The position numbers and the translations under genes were made by a program. A stretch of DNA of 64,000 nt from an uncultured virus (IMG/VR IMGVR_UViG_3300009785_002875) (lineage: Duplodnaviria; Heunggongvirae; Uroviricota; Caudoviricetes). Location: the IMG/VR virus record IMGVR_UViG_3300009785_002875; one strand, written 5' to 3'. This document shows, piece after piece, positions 20,726 to 30,858 of this stretch; position 1 is the first letter of the stretch, and every line of letters starts with the position of its first letter. Below the pieces are notes generated by a model, which was given only the letters and a program-made list of their open reading frames with translations, did not search any database and was not told where the DNA came from.

Positions 20726-21031
20726 TTATTTGCATTTTTTAAGTATTTTATACTCTATTAAAGTGTTTATTGCTAATCTAAAAGGTACTGTGGTTTTATT
20801 TAAACCTAACTGACCTAAACTATCATCTACTTCCTCAGCGTAACCTAGACAAACGTCTAACATTAATTTGAAGAATTCGAATTTCGGTAGGTTTATACTG
20901 GTTTCCTTACCATCACCATCACTAACTTCATTACCATTAAGTAACTCAATTTGTTCCATAAAACTATCCACATCTAAGTACATAAATTCATTACCTATAG
21001 ATATCTGATAATCTCTAAGCTCGTTCTTCAT
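20726..21031 (-). CDS. Hypothetical protein
   Basis: 101-aa ORF in operon. Confidence 0.55.
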   Translation of the reverse strand: MKNELRDYQISIGNEFMYLDVDSFMEQIELLNGNEVSDGDGKETSINLPKFEFFKLMLDVCLGYAEEVDDSLGQLGLNKTTVPFRLAINTLIEYKILKKCK

Positions 21032-21584
21032 CGTGTTCTTTTTTAAATATTTCTAAATTTATGAAATCACTAGGTTTATCTAATTTAAATTCGGGAGATA
21101 CTGAAGGACAATCCCCTATTGTGTATAGTAATTTATTTTCCGGTTTACAATTAAATATAGATTTATCATCAGTAAATATCAAATCAAAATAGTCCCATAA
21201 GTTATCGACATTATCCCCACTATAGAATTTAATGTTTTTAATCTGAGAACCATACTTAGCTAAAAACCAATGTGTTGCTGGGATAGCTCGACTAATATCG
21301 TCAGATAAAATGGTAAACTCTAATTCGCGATTATCACTCTGTAATGTATTTAATTCCCTAACAATATTACCCTCAGACTCTTTAGCGTGACCAAATATTT
21401 CCATAGGTGCTTCTACGTATAGGAACTCCCCTAGTTCACTAGAACCCTCAAACCCTAAAAGTTCAACCAAATTATCGTAAGTTAGTTCACCTTCAACTTT
21501 CTTATCGTAATATTTTTCATATACCGACTTAACTTTACCAAGTAAATTCCTCATAGACCCATTTATACCTATACCAATTTTCAT
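21015..21584 (-). CDS. HAD/5'(3')-nucleotidase-like protein with degenerate motif I
   Basis: MKIGIGINGSMRN, ATHWFLAKY, DLIFTDD. Confidence 0.5.
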   Translation of the reverse strand: MKIGIGINGSMRNLLGKVKSVYEKYYDKKVEGELTYDNLVELLGFEGSSELGEFLYVEAPMEIFGHAKESEGNIVRELNTLQSDNRELEFTILSDDISRAIPATHWFLAKYGSQIKNIKFYSGDNVDNLWDYFDLIFTDDKSIFNCKPENKLLYTIGDCPSVSPEFKLDKPSDFINLEIFKKEHDEERA

Positions 21585-21602
21585 ATATATAATTTAATTA
21601 AT

Positions 21603-22343
21603 TTATTTTGTTTGTAAAGAATCAAAAACCCTTTCTATTTTAGCTATTAAGGGATTTCTAACTACGTCTGATTTGGTGAGTTGTACACAACCAATTTCTT
21701 CTATATTGTCAAAGTGTTTCATTAGAAATGTTAACCCATTACCCCCTTTAGAATCTTGTTGTCTTTCATCACCCAAAAATATCATCTTAGAATCTTTTCC
21801 TAGTCTAGTCATAATAGTCCTTATATTATCTTGTGAAATGTTTTGTGCCTCATCTATTATAATAATAGACCTATCTAAGTTAATACCTCGCATATACGCG
21901 ATAGGCATCTCCTCTATAGTTTTTAATTCTCTTAATCTAGATGTTATAGACTGACCAACTATTTTTTCAAAATTATGGACAAAAGAGAACATAAATGGTT
22001 CCATTTTTTCACGTAAATTACCTTTTAAAAATCCAATTTCTTCATTTTTAAGTGTGGTTACTGATTTAACAATAATAATCTTTTTAAATTTAGAATTACG
22101 TTTAATTAATCTTAAAGCTTCTGCACAAGCTAAAAAGGTTTTACCGGACCCAGCTGGTCCAGAACAAATGATGATTTCTTTTCCTTTTATAGCATTAACT
22201 AGGGTTTTTTGGTTCTCAGTCTTACACTTGACCGTTATAGTCATTGTGTCAGTCATTCTAGTTTCTTCGGTATTATTCTGGTAAATCCATTCTTCAACCT
22301 CCATCTTTTCCTCCTTACTTAATCTCTTATTTTTTCTAGCCAT
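21603..22343 (-). CDS. phoH: PhoH-family ATPase
   Basis: GPAGSGKT, IGFLKG, YMRG, IIIDEAQN, VVRNPLI. Confidence 0.93.
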   Translation of the reverse strand: MARKNKRLSKEEKMEVEEWIYQNNTEETRMTDTMTITVKCKTENQKTLVNAIKGKEIIICSGPAGSGKTFLACAEALRLIKRNSKFKKIIIVKSVTTLKNEEIGFLKGNLREKMEPFMFSFVHNFEKIVGQSITSRLRELKTIEEMPIAYMRGINLDRSIIIIDEAQNISQDNIRTIMTRLGKDSKMIFLGDERQQDSKGGNGLTFLMKHFDNIEEIGCVQLTKSDVVRNPLIAKIERVFDSLQTK

Positions 22344-22351
22344 TTATTTAT

Positions 22352-22795
22352 TTATTTATATTTTATTATTACATCACTACACACACCGTACACATCACCC
22401 AATTTTTCATTATTTATTTCAGGTAATACCTGTATAGAGTTTAATGTTAATTCTTTACCTGGGTATGTCCATAGATATCCGTTAGATGTAATAGTAACAT
22501 CATCATTTTGATGCCAAAAATAATGTAACCCATAACCAAATCGGTCATTTATTTTTTTCATTTCATTTAATGCCATTATATTTTTAGCGTGGCACCATAT
22601 TTTATCATTTTCGATAAATGGTGCGGTAATCTTATATTTTGGGTTGTCGTGCCCTAGATAAAACTCACCACCATCAAACCAAACATCCACCTCAACATCA
22701 TAACCTAATTTTAAGGCCTTAAATACGTATTCTGGTTTATTTTCTAATTCGGGTTTTTTACCATTAATATTTCCTCTATGTGAAATTAATTTCAT
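22352..22795 (-). CDS. Short PLC/GDPD-like phosphodiesterase
   Basis: ISHRGN, EN, GYDVEVDVW, LGHD, WCHAKN. Confidence 0.7.
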   Translation of the reverse strand: MKLISHRGNINGKKPELENKPEYVFKALKLGYDVEVDVWFDGGEFYLGHDNPKYKITAPFIENDKIWCHAKNIMALNEMKKINDRFGYGLHYFWHQNDDVTITSNGYLWTYPGKELTLNSIQVLPEINNEKLGDVYGVCSDVIIKYK

Positions 22796-22798
22796 ATC

Positions 22799-23119
22799 TT
22801 AAGTTAAATACTTGTCGTTTTTAACACAAGGTGTTTTTACGACTAAAGTTACCACATCTGTCAAACATTTAAAATCTGTACTTTCATTAGGTTCTATAAC
22901 TATAATATCGTCCTTAGTATATCTAATTTCGTCCATTATTACATCACCCTCGATAATCATTGTAAATTCCGTAGCTATTTTATGTGTGTGTCTTTCTTCA
23001 CTATCACCCTTACTATATCTTTTTACAGCAACCTCAAAAAGGTCGGTATTATGTAGTGTTGGTTCAAAATTGCCCATAAACCAACCTTTAACCATGTCGT
23101 TTATATTATATTTTTTCAT
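22799..23119 (-). CDS. Cupin-domain protein
   Basis: GWFMGNF, HTHKIATE. Confidence 0.7.
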   Translation of the reverse strand: MKKYNINDMVKGWFMGNFEPTLHNTDLFEVAVKRYSKGDSEERHTHKIATEFTMIIEGDVIMDEIRYTKDDIIVIEPNESTDFKCLTDVVTLVVKTPCVKNDKYLT

Positions 23120-24476
23120 GTTTTTCTAAAAATCTATTTAAATCTTCTGGTGTACCTAAACCCCACATTTTATCAATATTAAAAGTTTTAATTTTTTTGT
23201 TATCTTCTATAGCCTCATTGTATATTGGACAAACATAAAATTCATCATTAACTCGGATATTTTTTTTTATCATTTGTTCACCATACCTAACATAGTCTGA
23301 CCCTTTGGACCAATAGTATATACCAACTGTAGCTATGTTACTTATGGGTTTCTTTTCAGCTACTTCTGTCACATACCCCTTATCATCTAATTTAGCAAAG
23401 CTCCATTTTGGGTGTGTCGATTTAAAGGTTAATATCCCACCATCTATTTCATCAGCCATCATTGAGTACATAAACTCGTTAGAATCCCACTCTACGTACT
23501 GGTCTGAATTTGCTATCAATAAAGGTTCATCATTATCTATAAATTCTTTAGCTAATAAAGTGGTACAAGCCGCTCCTTCAGTTACACTATCTACTTGGAC
23601 TATTTCACAACCTGGTGAGACTAGGTTTAATAGATGTTTTAAACTATATTTTTCATAATGTGATTTTTGCACTATATATATGTGTCTAGCGTCTATATTT
23701 AAATTATCTGTAACCACCTGAATCATAGGTTTGCCCACAACCTCAATTAGTGGTTTGGGGAATGTGTACCCCACTTTTTGGAATCTAGAACCAGCTCCAG
23801 CCATAGGAATTAAAACATTCATCTTACCACCCTGCCACTTAGGTATTATTTTTTTCTTATTATACTTTTCTAAGTGTTCATTAATTTTTTCAAAAGTAAC
23901 ATCTTCACAATCAGTAACAGCACATAAATGACCACCACTTTCAATAGCACCCTTCCTTCCATGGTGTGAATCTTCTATGATTAGTGTTTCTTTTGGGGAA
24001 ACACCAAATCTAAGCATACACTTCATGTACATTTCTGGGTGGGGTTTTGGTTTATTAACGTCTTGGTTTGTATATAATACGTCTATGTACTCCATAAAAC
24101 CTTTTCTAATAAGTTGTAACTTTGCTGTCTCCCTTATTGAGTTTGTACAACATGCTATATCATACCCAGAATCTTTTAACCTCCTTAATATATCTTTAAC
24201 CCTAAAATCAGGGCTAAATTTATCTATTATAGATATGGTTTTTTCTTGTTTTAATTTCCACACTACGTTGTGGAATTCCTTTGAAAGCCCTTTTTGTTCT
24301 GTTAACATATTAAGTTTCTTGGTTGTGGAAAGTCCGTCATATGTTGAGAGATGTTCGTCTCTAGGTATTATAAATTTTGTGTCTATAGTTTCTAGAGCTT
24401 TATTTAAAGCTTCATAGTGTAATTCTCTAGCGTTAACTAGTACACCGTCTAAATCAAATATTATAAGTTTTATCAT
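23106..24476 (-). CDS. HAD phosphatase fused to sugar-phosphate nucleotidyltransferase
   Basis: FDLDGVL...KPHP...IIEDS, then LIPMAGAGSRF...PKPLI...AEKKP...LGTPEDL. Confidence 0.88.
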   Translation of the reverse strand: MIKLIIFDLDGVLVNARELHYEALNKALETIDTKFIIPRDEHLSTYDGLSTTKKLNMLTEQKGLSKEFHNVVWKLKQEKTISIIDKFSPDFRVKDILRRLKDSGYDIACCTNSIRETAKLQLIRKGFMEYIDVLYTNQDVNKPKPHPEMYMKCMLRFGVSPKETLIIEDSHHGRKGAIESGGHLCAVTDCEDVTFEKINEHLEKYNKKKIIPKWQGGKMNVLIPMAGAGSRFQKVGYTFPKPLIEVVGKPMIQVVTDNLNIDARHIYIVQKSHYEKYSLKHLLNLVSPGCEIVQVDSVTEGAACTTLLAKEFIDNDEPLLIANSDQYVEWDSNEFMYSMMADEIDGGILTFKSTHPKWSFAKLDDKGYVTEVAEKKPISNIATVGIYYWSKGSDYVRYGEQMIKKNIRVNDEFYVCPIYNEAIEDNKKIKTFNIDKMWGLGTPEDLNRFLEKHEKI

Positions 24477-25225
24477 GTTGTTCCTCTTAAATTTTTATTT
24501 ATGTTATATTTTTTATGTAAAGTGTCCAGTATACCACTATATTCTGATGCCCATTTACCTTTAGAAATTAAGTTACCATGTGGATAAAGTGAAGAATCCC
24601 AATGATGTAATCCTCTTTTAGGTTCATTATTAAACCAATACAACCCATTTATAGTACTATTATTAATATATTCTGAAGCTGTTAGTTCAAAATCACCAAC
24701 AGCAACATTACCTTTTAGGTTAGACTCACCGGAATTAGTAAAAACTTCTAACAAATATTTAACTTTCCAAATGGTGGGCTGTATAGCGAATGAAACTGAA
24801 ATACCATTAGTATTGTGTGGTACCCAGAATAAATTATCTATAGGCATCCCGTCTAATTTAATATCTTCATTATGACCACCCTTTAATAGTTTAACATATT
24901 CTATCTTATATTTTCTAATAAAATCACAAATTTCAGTTAATTTTGTAATATCTGGTTTATCAAGTAAAACCATATCTTCGTGGTGAAACACACATAAGTC
25001 TTCTTTAACTTTTTTTAAACACTCGACAACCCTTTGTGAGTATGAAGTTGTATCATCATAAGTAACAATCTGAATATCGTCTAATGTTTTTTCAGTTACC
25101 TTGTCAGTAAACAGATATTTTTTAACCTTGGGGAAGTAGGTGTTAAGTTGTCCAAAAAACAAATCCCAAACATCACTATATTCTGAATGTGAATAACAAA
25201 TAAAAGCTACATTTCTCATTCCCAA
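24473..25225 (-). CDS. Putative glycosyltransferase (GT-A-like)
   Basis: YSDVW, YLFTD, FHHED; inside the sugar cluster. Confidence 0.5.
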   Translation of the reverse strand: MGMRNVAFICYSHSEYSDVWDLFFGQLNTYFPKVKKYLFTDKVTEKTLDDIQIVTYDDTTSYSQRVVECLKKVKEDLCVFHHEDMVLLDKPDITKLTEICDFIRKYKIEYVKLLKGGHNEDIKLDGMPIDNLFWVPHNTNGISVSFAIQPTIWKVKYLLEVFTNSGESNLKGNVAVGDFELTASEYINNSTINGLYWFNNEPKRGLHHWDSSLYPHGNLISKGKWASEYSGILDTLHKKYNINKNLRGTT

Positions 25226-25944
25226 AAAGTTTTTAGTGGTAATTTATTCTCCCAAAGACCATTATCTAACATCCAAAACTTATAAAAAATCACAGCGTTA
25301 GATAAATCACCGGGATTACCCTCCATAGACATAGCAAAATCATGTAATTTACTGCCCATATACATGTTATTATACAGTGAGTTATATAACTCTTTAAAGT
25401 TTGACATTGTTTCGTAAGAACCATAAAACCACATATCAGCTGGGCCTTGTTTAAGGTATTGCCAGTCTGCCATATAAAGTTTATCTTTTTCTATGTCAGT
25501 TTGTAGGTTTATACATTGTACTGGGTATGGGTTGGATTGATTATGCGGTCCCGAAGTTACTCTATTTATTCTACCTAAATCAAATCTAGCTTTTATAACT
25601 AAATCATACTTAGTTTCAGAATCATACACTAATTTAATAGATTCTGTCACACTATATAGGTGTGATAATATTACTTCTGGTTTTCTTGGTGGGTTAGGTA
25701 ATTTATCTAATTTTCTTTCCTTAACTATTTTAGTAAAATCTATTTGTGGTTCAAATATACTTTTTTTTGGGTTGTATAATTTTTCTATTTCATCTTTTTT
25801 ATCTACTTCCCAACTATGGATAAAAACATCCACATCACCCTTATCTAGTATATGTTTTTTTATATGGTTAAACCCGTCAAGACCTTTAGAATTTACATCT
25901 TGCACAGAATCAAATAAACCATGTAATGATAGTGCTATTTTCAT
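25216..25944 (-). CDS. Putative glycosyltransferase-like protein
   Basis: MKIALSLHG, DVFIHSW, YDLVIKARFD, DMWFYG. Confidence 0.55.
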   Translation of the reverse strand: MKIALSLHGLFDSVQDVNSKGLDGFNHIKKHILDKGDVDVFIHSWEVDKKDEIEKLYNPKKSIFEPQIDFTKIVKERKLDKLPNPPRKPEVILSHLYSVTESIKLVYDSETKYDLVIKARFDLGRINRVTSGPHNQSNPYPVQCINLQTDIEKDKLYMADWQYLKQGPADMWFYGSYETMSNFKELYNSLYNNMYMGSKLHDFAMSMEGNPGDLSNAVIFYKFWMLDNGLWENKLPLKTFWE

Positions 25945-25945
25945 T

Positions 25946-26587
25946 TTATTCTATTGTTTTATATTTTTTAAATACTGTAAATTCGGTTAAATCCCTATAC
26001 CCGTTATGTTCACCTAAGTCTGGTACGTGTAGTGGGTAGTTTTGCATTAACGATAACCCGTGTGATGCTTGTTGTGGTGTCATATACATATTCCACCCCA
26101 ACATTTTAATATCGTCCTCATGGTACAATTTTTCGTTTCTACCTTCGTACCTAGCTTGTTTAAACCATTTCACCGCTTCTTCATTATCACACAAAATTAC
26201 CCCACCTTTGGATATCGCTAGTTGTTTTTTTATGTGGAAAGACAAACACATAAATGAACCAGGTATGTACATATCTGAAGTTAATCTTTTTGCGGCATCG
26301 TAGATTGGGTATGGTTTTAACTGGTAAATTCCCTTCCAGTCGTTAGTTCCTTTTCTCTTATCAAAAATAACCTCCCCACCAGAATGGATAATCGATTGTG
26401 GTACAGATAGGTAGGTTTTGGATGGTATGGTCACCTCCTTCACTTCTAGGTATTTACAACATAGAAACAGTGCGTTAGTACAACTATCCACAGAAACCAC
26501 ATAAGGTGCACCAGTATAATCAGCAATCTCTTCCTCTAAAAGGGTTACTATCTTATATGGGTTATGTTTAGGTTTTCTTAACTTCAT
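25946..26587 (-). CDS. DegT/DnrJ/EryC1-family PLP aminotransferase (short)
   Basis: VSVDSCTNAL, YDAA, CLSFHIKK (PLP Lys), GWNMYM. Confidence 0.8.
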   Translation of the reverse strand: MKLRKPKHNPYKIVTLLEEEIADYTGAPYVVSVDSCTNALFLCCKYLEVKEVTIPSKTYLSVPQSIIHSGGEVIFDKRKGTNDWKGIYQLKPYPIYDAAKRLTSDMYIPGSFMCLSFHIKKQLAISKGGVILCDNEEAVKWFKQARYEGRNEKLYHEDDIKMLGWNMYMTPQQASHGLSLMQNYPLHVPDLGEHNGYRDLTEFTVFKKYKTIE

Positions 26588-26976
26588 TTTTTTGGTTCTA
26601 GTAAAAAATATTTTTTTTCATATCCAGCTTTTTCGAATGCTTTTATACTTGATATGTTGTCTAATTTAATTTTTGCGTATATATGTGGTCTTAATTTTGT
26701 AATTTCACTTATCATAAATGAACCTACCCCATTACCTTGATGTTCTGGGTCAGTACATACTCTAATATCTCCGTCAATTTCTCCAATAAAACCACATGGT
26801 TTATCGTCACATAAACAAATATAGTAATTATTATTATATTTTTCCATATAAACTTCTTGTTCTGTTTTAGAAATGTTTGAGTTCTGTATGAATCCACTCT
26901 GCACTCTTTCATCTGACCTGAGAATTCTTATGAACTCCCAGTATCTTTTTTCATTTTGTTTTAATATTAAATTCAT
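26584..26976 (-). CDS. GNAT acetyltransferase
   Basis: PEHQGNGVGS, NISSIKAFEKAGY. Confidence 0.85.
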   Translation of the reverse strand: MNLILKQNEKRYWEFIRILRSDERVQSGFIQNSNISKTEQEVYMEKYNNNYYICLCDDKPCGFIGEIDGDIRVCTDPEHQGNGVGSFMISEITKLRPHIYAKIKLDNISSIKAFEKAGYEKKYFLLEPKK

Positions 26977-27847
26977 TGTTAAATTTGTTTGGTTTTGTTA
27001 ATATAGGTGTCGTGCTTTTATTGGGTGCGTTAGGGTCATTATGCCAATAGTCAACTCTGTCACCATAAGCACTACCACTATTCATCCAATAATGGTTTAA
27101 ATAACCCCTATTTACCTTCCAACCCTGTATATTATTGCCTAAGTATGGGTTTAGATTTGAACCTATGTCTATGAAAGTATTGTTACTAAATTTTTTATAT
27201 CCTTCATGAACTATGTAGTTTGACAATGCGGAAGCAGAACATAGAATTAAATAATCTTTAGCATTTTCTTTATCTAGATACTCTAAAACCTCATCTATAG
27301 TGTGGATATTATTTACAATACAATTAGTACCAACTCTAAAATCTTTTTTTACTTTAAATGGTAACCCTTCTAGGTCTGCAGCTTCATTTACAACATATAC
27401 CACATCTCTTTCTTTGTATAATGGTATCATCTCATCAACATACCTTCTATAATTTGCATTAATTAATAAATTTGCAAATGTTGTGTGTTCCTCATCACCC
27501 GGACCGACAATGTCTAATAACCATTTGTAGTTATCTGAACCCACATCTTCTTTAGCACATATCCCTCTATAGTGACCTTCTTTTCTAAACGTAAAAGCTT
27601 TCATTAGTCTTTTATGCTGTTCAGCATGCTCACCAGGTATAAATTCCTTTTGTTCTTCTTTAGGGTATCTCCCACCACCCTCTAAGTTACCAGTCACAAA
27701 CCCATTCTGGTGAAGGATTAACGGTTGGTTTTGTAACATAAAAAATTCCCCATCTGAAAATCTATTAAAAGCAAAATTATCACCGGACTTTAGTTTACCC
27801 AAAAACTTGTCAAATTCACCACTAAATGTTTTTACATTATGACTCAT
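26951..27847 (-). CDS. GT-D-fold-like glycosyltransferase
   Basis: RFSDGE and FIDIGS motifs. Confidence 0.6.
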   Translation of the reverse strand: MSHNVKTFSGEFDKFLGKLKSGDNFAFNRFSDGEFFMLQNQPLILHQNGFVTGNLEGGGRYPKEEQKEFIPGEHAEQHKRLMKAFTFRKEGHYRGICAKEDVGSDNYKWLLDIVGPGDEEHTTFANLLINANYRRYVDEMIPLYKERDVVYVVNEAADLEGLPFKVKKDFRVGTNCIVNNIHTIDEVLEYLDKENAKDYLILCSASALSNYIVHEGYKKFSNNTFIDIGSNLNPYLGNNIQGWKVNRGYLNHYWMNSGSAYGDRVDYWHNDPNAPNKSTTPILTKPNKFNNEFNIKTK

Positions 27848-29135
27848 ATCCTTGCATTTTTTTTAAATCAACTCTTTGGTATAGTAAATCTCTATACGCG
27901 AGTAAAGATTGCCATATTTGACCATTACCATACTTTTCAAAAGCTGCGGTAACATTCAAAGTGTCAGCACCCCAAGGAAATTTAAGAAAACTTTCAAATT
28001 CTTCAAGTGGCAGTATTCCAGCTACCATTTCTTGGTTTACGAATCTCTCCTCCAAAAACCCAAATTGTAAATTTTTATAGTCTAATACATAATATTTTTC
28101 ATAGTCATAAAATTTTACAAATATAGCAGAGGTAGCTAATTGGCTTAACTTAATATACCTACCAGCTCCCTTGTGGTAAATTTCTACATCTTCTTTTACT
28201 ATTAACATTAATTCTTTAGCCAAATCATTTATAGTTGTTTCATCTATAATTTTAGGATTACCATCAATAATAGTTTCTTTTTCAAAAACCTCGTCCCATA
28301 ATTTAATCTTTTCTTCGTTATTACCATCATGCTCCCAACTCATTTCTTCATCGTAGAATAATATTTGTAATGGGTATTTGGATACTTCCTTTATTTCTTC
28401 TAATTTAACAAGCCATTTATTCATATAAGAATTGTACTTTTTACAAAAATACACAAAACTAGCAAACGGTATTGATGTTTTAGGTTGTAGTATGTCTTGG
28501 TATGATTTAAAAGCTTGTATATGAAAATCTTTACCTTTTTCTTGTAATCCTTTTTCATCTGTTTTATTAGCGTAAAATCCAGCTAATGAGAATTGCATGA
28601 ACCAAGCGTCGATGGTTGGGTGTTCTTTTTTTATTTTTTCTAGTTGTTCTTTTTTAAGGTAGGCATCATTTTGGTTTAGCAAGGTCTTGGAACCTAATTT
28701 AAATAGTAGTGCGTTATCATGACCTGCTGGGTATGCGGTAATTTTTGTAAAATTATCTATAAGTGTCTCTTCATTATGTTTTAATTCTTTAAATATAAAA
28801 CCTAATTTTTCACAATTTTCTTTTACGTTTTGATTGTCTCTACTCGGGTATAATATTGTTATCTGTTGTTCACATTTTTCACGAATAAATTTTAAACTAG
28901 GCCAATGTAGGTGGTCTGGGTGTTCATGTGAAAAACAAAGATATTTTAATTTCTTAAAATCTATTTTAGATATGTTCGTATCTCTCATTAATGACCACGA
29001 ATCGTTAAAAACCCTACCAAAAAGCCAAGGGTCCATCAATAAAGACTCTTTTTCTGTCTCTATAATATAAGAAGCGTGGTTTAGAAATATAACTTTATAA
29101 TCACTAAATTCTAATTTTTTTTCATTTTTTTTCAT
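27837..29135 (-). CDS. Metallo-beta-lactamase-fold protein (UlaG/CMAH-like)
   Basis: NHAS, DPWL, SHEHPDH, LNQND, PFAS. Confidence 0.75.
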   Translation of the reverse strand: MKKNEKKLEFSDYKVIFLNHASYIIETEKESLLMDPWLFGRVFNDSWSLMRDTNISKIDFKKLKYLCFSHEHPDHLHWPSLKFIREKCEQQITILYPSRDNQNVKENCEKLGFIFKELKHNEETLIDNFTKITAYPAGHDNALLFKLGSKTLLNQNDAYLKKEQLEKIKKEHPTIDAWFMQFSLAGFYANKTDEKGLQEKGKDFHIQAFKSYQDILQPKTSIPFASFVYFCKKYNSYMNKWLVKLEEIKEVSKYPLQILFYDEEMSWEHDGNNEEKIKLWDEVFEKETIIDGNPKIIDETTINDLAKELMLIVKEDVEIYHKGAGRYIKLSQLATSAIFVKFYDYEKYYVLDYKNLQFGFLEERFVNQEMVAGILPLEEFESFLKFPWGADTLNVTAAFEKYGNGQIWQSLLAYRDLLYQRVDLKKMQGYES

Positions 29136-29141
29136 TTTTTA

Positions 29142-29870
29142 TTATTTTTTATTATTAATTATTTTAAAACCATTACTGGTATATTTTCTTAATTGTTGTG
29201 ACATTAGTTCTACATTATCCATATTCATTGATAGTGCCGCGTCATCTTGTCCTATACGCCATGCTGTGTCTGGGAGGCTGCCCCATAATTCTTTGTTGTC
29301 CTTTGGGTGTGGTGGTACGTAAGTGTTTAATCCTAAATATTTTTGTAACATAACTGAAAAGTGCATATCTTCTCCGACAATCATTGGGTGGTCTTCTTCT
29401 GGTAATTCTCTCCAAAATGTAGATAACCACTCTCTTTTAAAAAACCAAGCATGACCTACAATATCTACTCTTTCTGTTTTTTCGTTAGGTTCTGCCCAAC
29501 CAATTCTATTCATAGGGTGGTATGAATTAGGTGTGTGATAAACCACACCAATAGTACCTAATAAACCTTCATGTTTTTGTATTGTTTCATAACAATTCTC
29601 TAACCACCTTTTTCCAGGAATAGTATCATCATCAAACACACACACATATTCCGTTTTAGCGTTTAAAGCATAAGCGAATCTAGCCCAAACACCAAAATTC
29701 TTATTACAAGAAGCCCAAGTTGTTTTTCCAGCAATCTGTGGGTCAAAATCTTCACCAGCATTTTGCCATAGCATTATTTCTTTAGGTCTAAGTGTTTGTT
29801 TTTTGACCGCTTCTAGTTGTTGAGCAAGATGTTGCCCTCTTTTATATCCGTTAAGAACTACTGTTACCAT
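29142..29870 (-). CDS. Glycosyltransferase family 2-like
   Basis: VCVFDDDTIPG, GEDMHFS. Confidence 0.75.
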   Translation of the reverse strand: MVTVVLNGYKRGQHLAQQLEAVKKQTLRPKEIMLWQNAGEDFDPQIAGKTTWASCNKNFGVWARFAYALNAKTEYVCVFDDDTIPGKRWLENCYETIQKHEGLLGTIGVVYHTPNSYHPMNRIGWAEPNEKTERVDIVGHAWFFKREWLSTFWRELPEEDHPMIVGEDMHFSVMLQKYLGLNTYVPPHPKDNKELWGSLPDTAWRIGQDDAALSMNMDNVELMSQQLRKYTSNGFKIINNKK

Positions 29871-30858
29871 ATATTTTTTCTTTTAAATAATTTACAATTC
29901 TTTTTGATGACTTACCGTCCCCATAAGGACACTCTAAATCTACCTTATAATCGTCTTTAAGTGAATAGAACACACCCTTTAGGTCTTTGGGTTCCCCACA
30001 CATAAAACTATGTTTACCTACAGATTCGGGTCTTTCAGTTATTTTTCTACAAACAATTACTTTTTTATTTAAAAATGAAGACTCTTCTTGTATTCCACCA
30101 CTATCACTAATTAAAAAACGACATTCACTTATTTCTTTAATCATAGTATCATAATCAAAAGGAGAAACTACATTAACGTGAGTTAATAAATCTTTATGTT
30201 TTTTAACATTAGGGTTTGGGTGTAATGGTATTTCAAATTTAAGTTCTGGGTTGTCTTTAGCTAGTTGATTTATGGATTCAAACCAATTAGACATATTAAT
30301 GTGATTTTCTCTGCGATGCATTGTAACTAGAACTTTATCATTATATTTGGTTTTAATGCCCACCAGATTATCTAATACCGTATTACCAACCAATACAGAT
30401 TCACCGAAGACGCCTTCTTCCTGTAAATTATCAAGGTTTAATTCGGTAGGGCATAAATTTATATCAGATATTCTAGATATCATCTGTCTATAAGCTTCTT
30501 CGGGGTATGGGTTTTTAAAATCATAAGTCCGTAACCCAGCTTCTAAATGTATAACTTTAATACCCCTATGAAACGCTGTTAAAGCTAGTGAATACGCGGA
30601 AACGGTATCACCTTGTACTAGTATGTGTGTTATTCCTTCAAAAATAGAGTTATCTAAATTTAAACAAGATTGTACCACACTATCCAATCTATTTTTACCA
30701 CCTTTAATGGTTAATCTATGGTCAAAATTTATATTTTTTACCAAATCGGTGTGTTGACCCGTAAATAAAGTTTTAAAGGGTATGATACCACCCATTTCTT
30801 TTAAAAGTGGTGATATTTTTATATGTTCTGGTCTAGTTCCGTAACAAATTAATATCAT
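29851..30858 (-). CDS. wecB: UDP-N-acetylglucosamine 2-epimerase (non-hydrolysing)
   Basis: GTRPE, TGQH, VQGDT, HLEAGLR, PEE, HRREN, DSGGIQEE, TERPE. Confidence 0.92.
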   Translation of the reverse strand: MILICYGTRPEHIKISPLLKEMGGIIPFKTLFTGQHTDLVKNINFDHRLTIKGGKNRLDSVVQSCLNLDNSIFEGITHILVQGDTVSAYSLALTAFHRGIKVIHLEAGLRTYDFKNPYPEEAYRQMISRISDINLCPTELNLDNLQEEGVFGESVLVGNTVLDNLVGIKTKYNDKVLVTMHRRENHINMSNWFESINQLAKDNPELKFEIPLHPNPNVKKHKDLLTHVNVVSPFDYDTMIKEISECRFLISDSGGIQEESSFLNKKVIVCRKITERPESVGKHSFMCGEPKDLKGVFYSLKDDYKVDLECPYGDGKSSKRIVNYLKEKIYGNSSS

